Assembly (NCBI RefSeq): GCF_001194135.2
Contig: NC_069002.1
Span: forward strand, 31,083,333 to 31,119,891
Source: Octopus bimaculoides
Taxonomy: Eukaryota
DNA length: 36,559 nucleotides
Reading direction: 5' to 3'
Positions 33,714 through 36,559 of the stretch are shown here, piece by piece. The position numbers and the translations under genes were made by a program. How positions within the stretch are numbered: position 1 is the first letter of the stretch; each line of letters begins with the position of its first letter. The notes beneath the pieces are model-generated. The model made no database searches, had not been told where the DNA came from, and saw nothing but the letters and a program-made list of their open reading frames with translations.

Positions 33714-34822
33714 GGTATTTGTACTGTTTGATTGGTTTATTGTATTGTATTGTTGACATCAACTATATATATATGTGTGTGTGTATGTGTGTATGTTTAT
33801 AGCTATACCAACATTCAAATACGCATAAACCATCAATCTTCCATATACATATACATCGATGCACACACACACACACACACACGCACACACACACACGCAC
33901 ACATACACCACACAAACAAACAGCCAATTATGTGAACACGCAACACACAACACATTCAAAACCATTCAATAATAGAAGGCGGACGTTAAACGATGATGAT
34001 GATGATGATGATGAGGATGAGGATGAGGATGATGATGATGATGTTGATGGTGTTGATATATATATGAATATATGTATGTGTATATATATATATGTGTGTG
34101 TGTGTGTGTATGTATGTATATTTATACACACACACACAAGCACACATATGCACACACACATACTCACACACACACACACATGCATGCATCACACATATAC
34201 TATCCAATAATGGCGCCATCGATTTCAAGTAATCTTTATAAGTTTATAAAAACATTTGTGAGTCTTTAATTGAAGAAACGCCAGAACACAAAGAATAATT
34301 TCAATAGAAGGAACTGGTGAATTATGGCGGAACACAAATTGCTTGTTTCTTTGATTCTGACCATTCTGAGTTTGGGTTTTGTCATCTTGGTGGAAAGTCA
34401 GGCAGAATGTAAGATAACAGAATTCTTATTTTGCCATTGTTTGATATTTGTATTTCTGTGTATGTGTGTGTGTGTGAATAGGTGATATATATATGCTTGT
34501 GTGTTGCAAGAATTCTGATTTGAAATCGTGTGTTGAAACAGATATGGTTGCACTTTAGGACGGTCATTGCATTTATTTTCTTTTGCCAAATAAATACACA
34601 CCCTGTGTATTTATACTTCACTCATTTATTACTGTTCTTATTCTACACACACACAAACACACAAATATAACTGGCTCCCATCCTGGTGGCACATAAATGT
34701 CACTCACTACACTCTCGGAGTGTCTGGGTGAACATATAACAATACAAATCATAAACTGTAACATTCAGTCTGCTATACTGAATCCATACACACATATAAA
34801 ATATCCAAGGGTATATTTTTGG

Positions 34823-34899
34823 CCTCTGAAGATGTTATGCTCAGGTCATACAAGTATAAATTTATTATTTACTTAATATTAATTGAAACAGCTGTAAGG
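34823..34899 (+). ncRNA. Degenerate minimal hammerhead motif with palindromic stem III ACAGCTGT
   Basis: CCT-CTGAAGA (34826-32)...GAAA (34885-88)-CAGCTGT-A-AGG; 3-bp stem I and a weak, long AT-rich stem II. Confidence 0.35.
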
Positions 34900-35428
34900 G
34901 ATGATTATTTTCTTTTTCTTCTTTTATATGAATATAAACTATTTCATTTTTTTTTTCATTTTATCTAGTTTCAGCTCATGAGCTGCGGCCATGCTGGGGC
35001 ACCGCCATTTTTTTTACATATACACCTATTATTTTAAGGAAATTAATTCCCTAAAAATACTAAGTATAAAATACTAGGTATATATATATATATATATATA
35101 TATATNNNNNNNNNNNNNNNNNNNNNNNNNNNNNNNNNNNNNNNNNNNNNNNNNNNNNNNNNNNNNNNNNNNNNNNNNNNNNNNNNNNNNNNNNNNNNNN
35201 NNNNNNNNNNNNNNNNNNNNNNNNNNNNNNNNNNNNNNNNNNNNNNNNNNNNNNNNNNNNNNNNNNNNNNNNNNNNNNNNNNNNNNNNNNNNNNNNNNNN
35301 NNNNNNNNNNNNNNNNNNNNNNNNNNNNNNNNNNNNNNNNNNNNNNNNNNNNNNNNNNNNNNNNNNNNNNNNNNNNNNNNNNNNNNNNNNNNNNNNNNNN
35401 NNNNNNNNNNNNNNNNNNNNNNNNNNNN

Positions 35429-35494
<66 letters not shown>

Positions 35495-36378
35495 TGTGTG
35501 TATCATCATCACCATCTTCATCGTTTCTCATCATTGCTTGTTTCATTCAATGTTAGGAATTATTATCCATTATTAAATGTCTGATGGTTTTAGTTTACAA
35601 TCTACAAAAAAAATCCTATCAAATTCTTCCACACTCATTTCCTTCATTTTTTTTTTACTCTTTTCTGTTTAGCTTCCATCAAATTCTTCAATGTCCACTT
35701 CATCTTCTGCTCATCATTGATTCAATTTAACTCTAGCATCAGTTAATATTTTTCTCTGATATTTGTTATTCAATCAAATCACAAACATTTGCATCATGTA
35801 TTTCACAGAAACTATTCTTAACTATTTCTTTAAAGAATTCCTTCTTGTCAATGGAACTCAATGAATTCATTACAATAAGCAGATGAGATATATGTTTCCA
35901 AGAGGTTCTCATGTTATTCGTCGTTGCTACTTCACAACATTATTCTAATTTTTACCTTTTACTTGTTTCTCTCCTTCAACACTGGCCATGCTGGGGCACT
36001 GCTTTGATGAAGGGCTTTTAGTTGAATAAATTGACCCCAGTGCTTTTTTTTTTTTTTAAATCCTGGTATCTATTCTTATCAGTGTCTCATACCAGACTGC
36101 TAAGTTAGAAGAACATAAATAAACCAACACTGGTTGTCAAGTGGTGGAGGGGAGAAACACAAACACAAAGACTCCCCACCACAGACACACACATCATCAT
36201 CATCATCATCATCATCACCATCATCATCATTCAAGATCCTTCTTCCATGCTGGCATGGGTTGAACGGTTTGACAGGAGCTGGCTAGGCAAAGAGACTGCA
36301 CCATACTTCTGTGTCTGTTTCGGCAGGGTTTTTATGGCTGGATGTCCTTCCTAACACCAACCACCCTGCAGAGTGGGC

Positions 36379-36423
<45 letters not shown>

Positions 36424-36559
36424 TTAGGGTAAAAAACTGGATATTAATTAATATCGATTTATTACCAGGAAGCAAGCACATTAAAAGAATCAGAGAGATT
36501 AAAAAAAAATTATCTGAGATCTCAAAGGATTATTGTATATGTATATATAAAGAAGGTGG

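Noticed and set aside
34270-34335. Decayed HHR TTGAAGA-AA-CGCCA...TGGCG-GAAC upstream of the 4303-type repeat body
   Set aside because: C3 and the GAAA motif are altered and no stem I or III is evident; noted only as a likely dead copy.
903-35546. Many 60-225-aa ORFs in the track (HTHT, CVCV, IYIY, poly-N/I/L, X-rich)
   Set aside because: They translate microsatellites, N gaps or SINE/RTE antisense strands, with no splice or homology support.
35660-35930. Minus-strand peptide fragments vaguely like a pogo/Tigger transposase C-terminus
   Set aside because: Multiple stops and no TIR found; similarity too weak to support without a search.
1-36559. CRISPR arrays or prokaryotic systems
   Set aside because: No regularly spaced repeat-spacer array and no operon-like ORFs; the sequence is eukaryotic.

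Overview
AT-rich, repeat-dense animal DNA with N gaps. The SINE/RTE/microsatellite content and the TMEM258 sequence suggest a cephalopod (Octopus-like) scaffold; this is an inference. Genes: (1) a complete TMEM258 (oligosaccharyltransferase subunit) on the + strand. It has an ATG-only first coding exon (11245-11247), exon 2 (16109-16221), a ~6 kb minor-spliceosome (U12, GT-AG) intron, exon 3 (22202-22339, stop at 22328) and a probable 3'UTR exon (23697-~23780), giving an 80-aa protein. (2) An unidentified gene transcribed divergently on the - strand, with a clean 150-nt phase-0 exon at 470-321 and a probable first coding exon at 10333-10316. The rest is tRNA-headed SINEs, RTE-LINE 3' ends, hAT- and piggyBac-type MITEs, a mariner remnant and simple repeats; nearly all other ORFs in the track are microsatellite or TE artefacts. 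The main discovery is a set of hammerhead ribozyme (HHR) motifs. A fully canonical type-I HHR (2839-2889) lies inside a ~350-nt repeat family that recurs, with a decayed HHR and a ~55-nt terminal direct repeat, at 28691-29092 (a retrozyme-like architecture). A tRNA-headed SINE carrying a minimal dimer-type HHR occurs as a ~500-bp inverted pair (9705-10208). Several further Penelope-type minimal or decayed HHRs are present.
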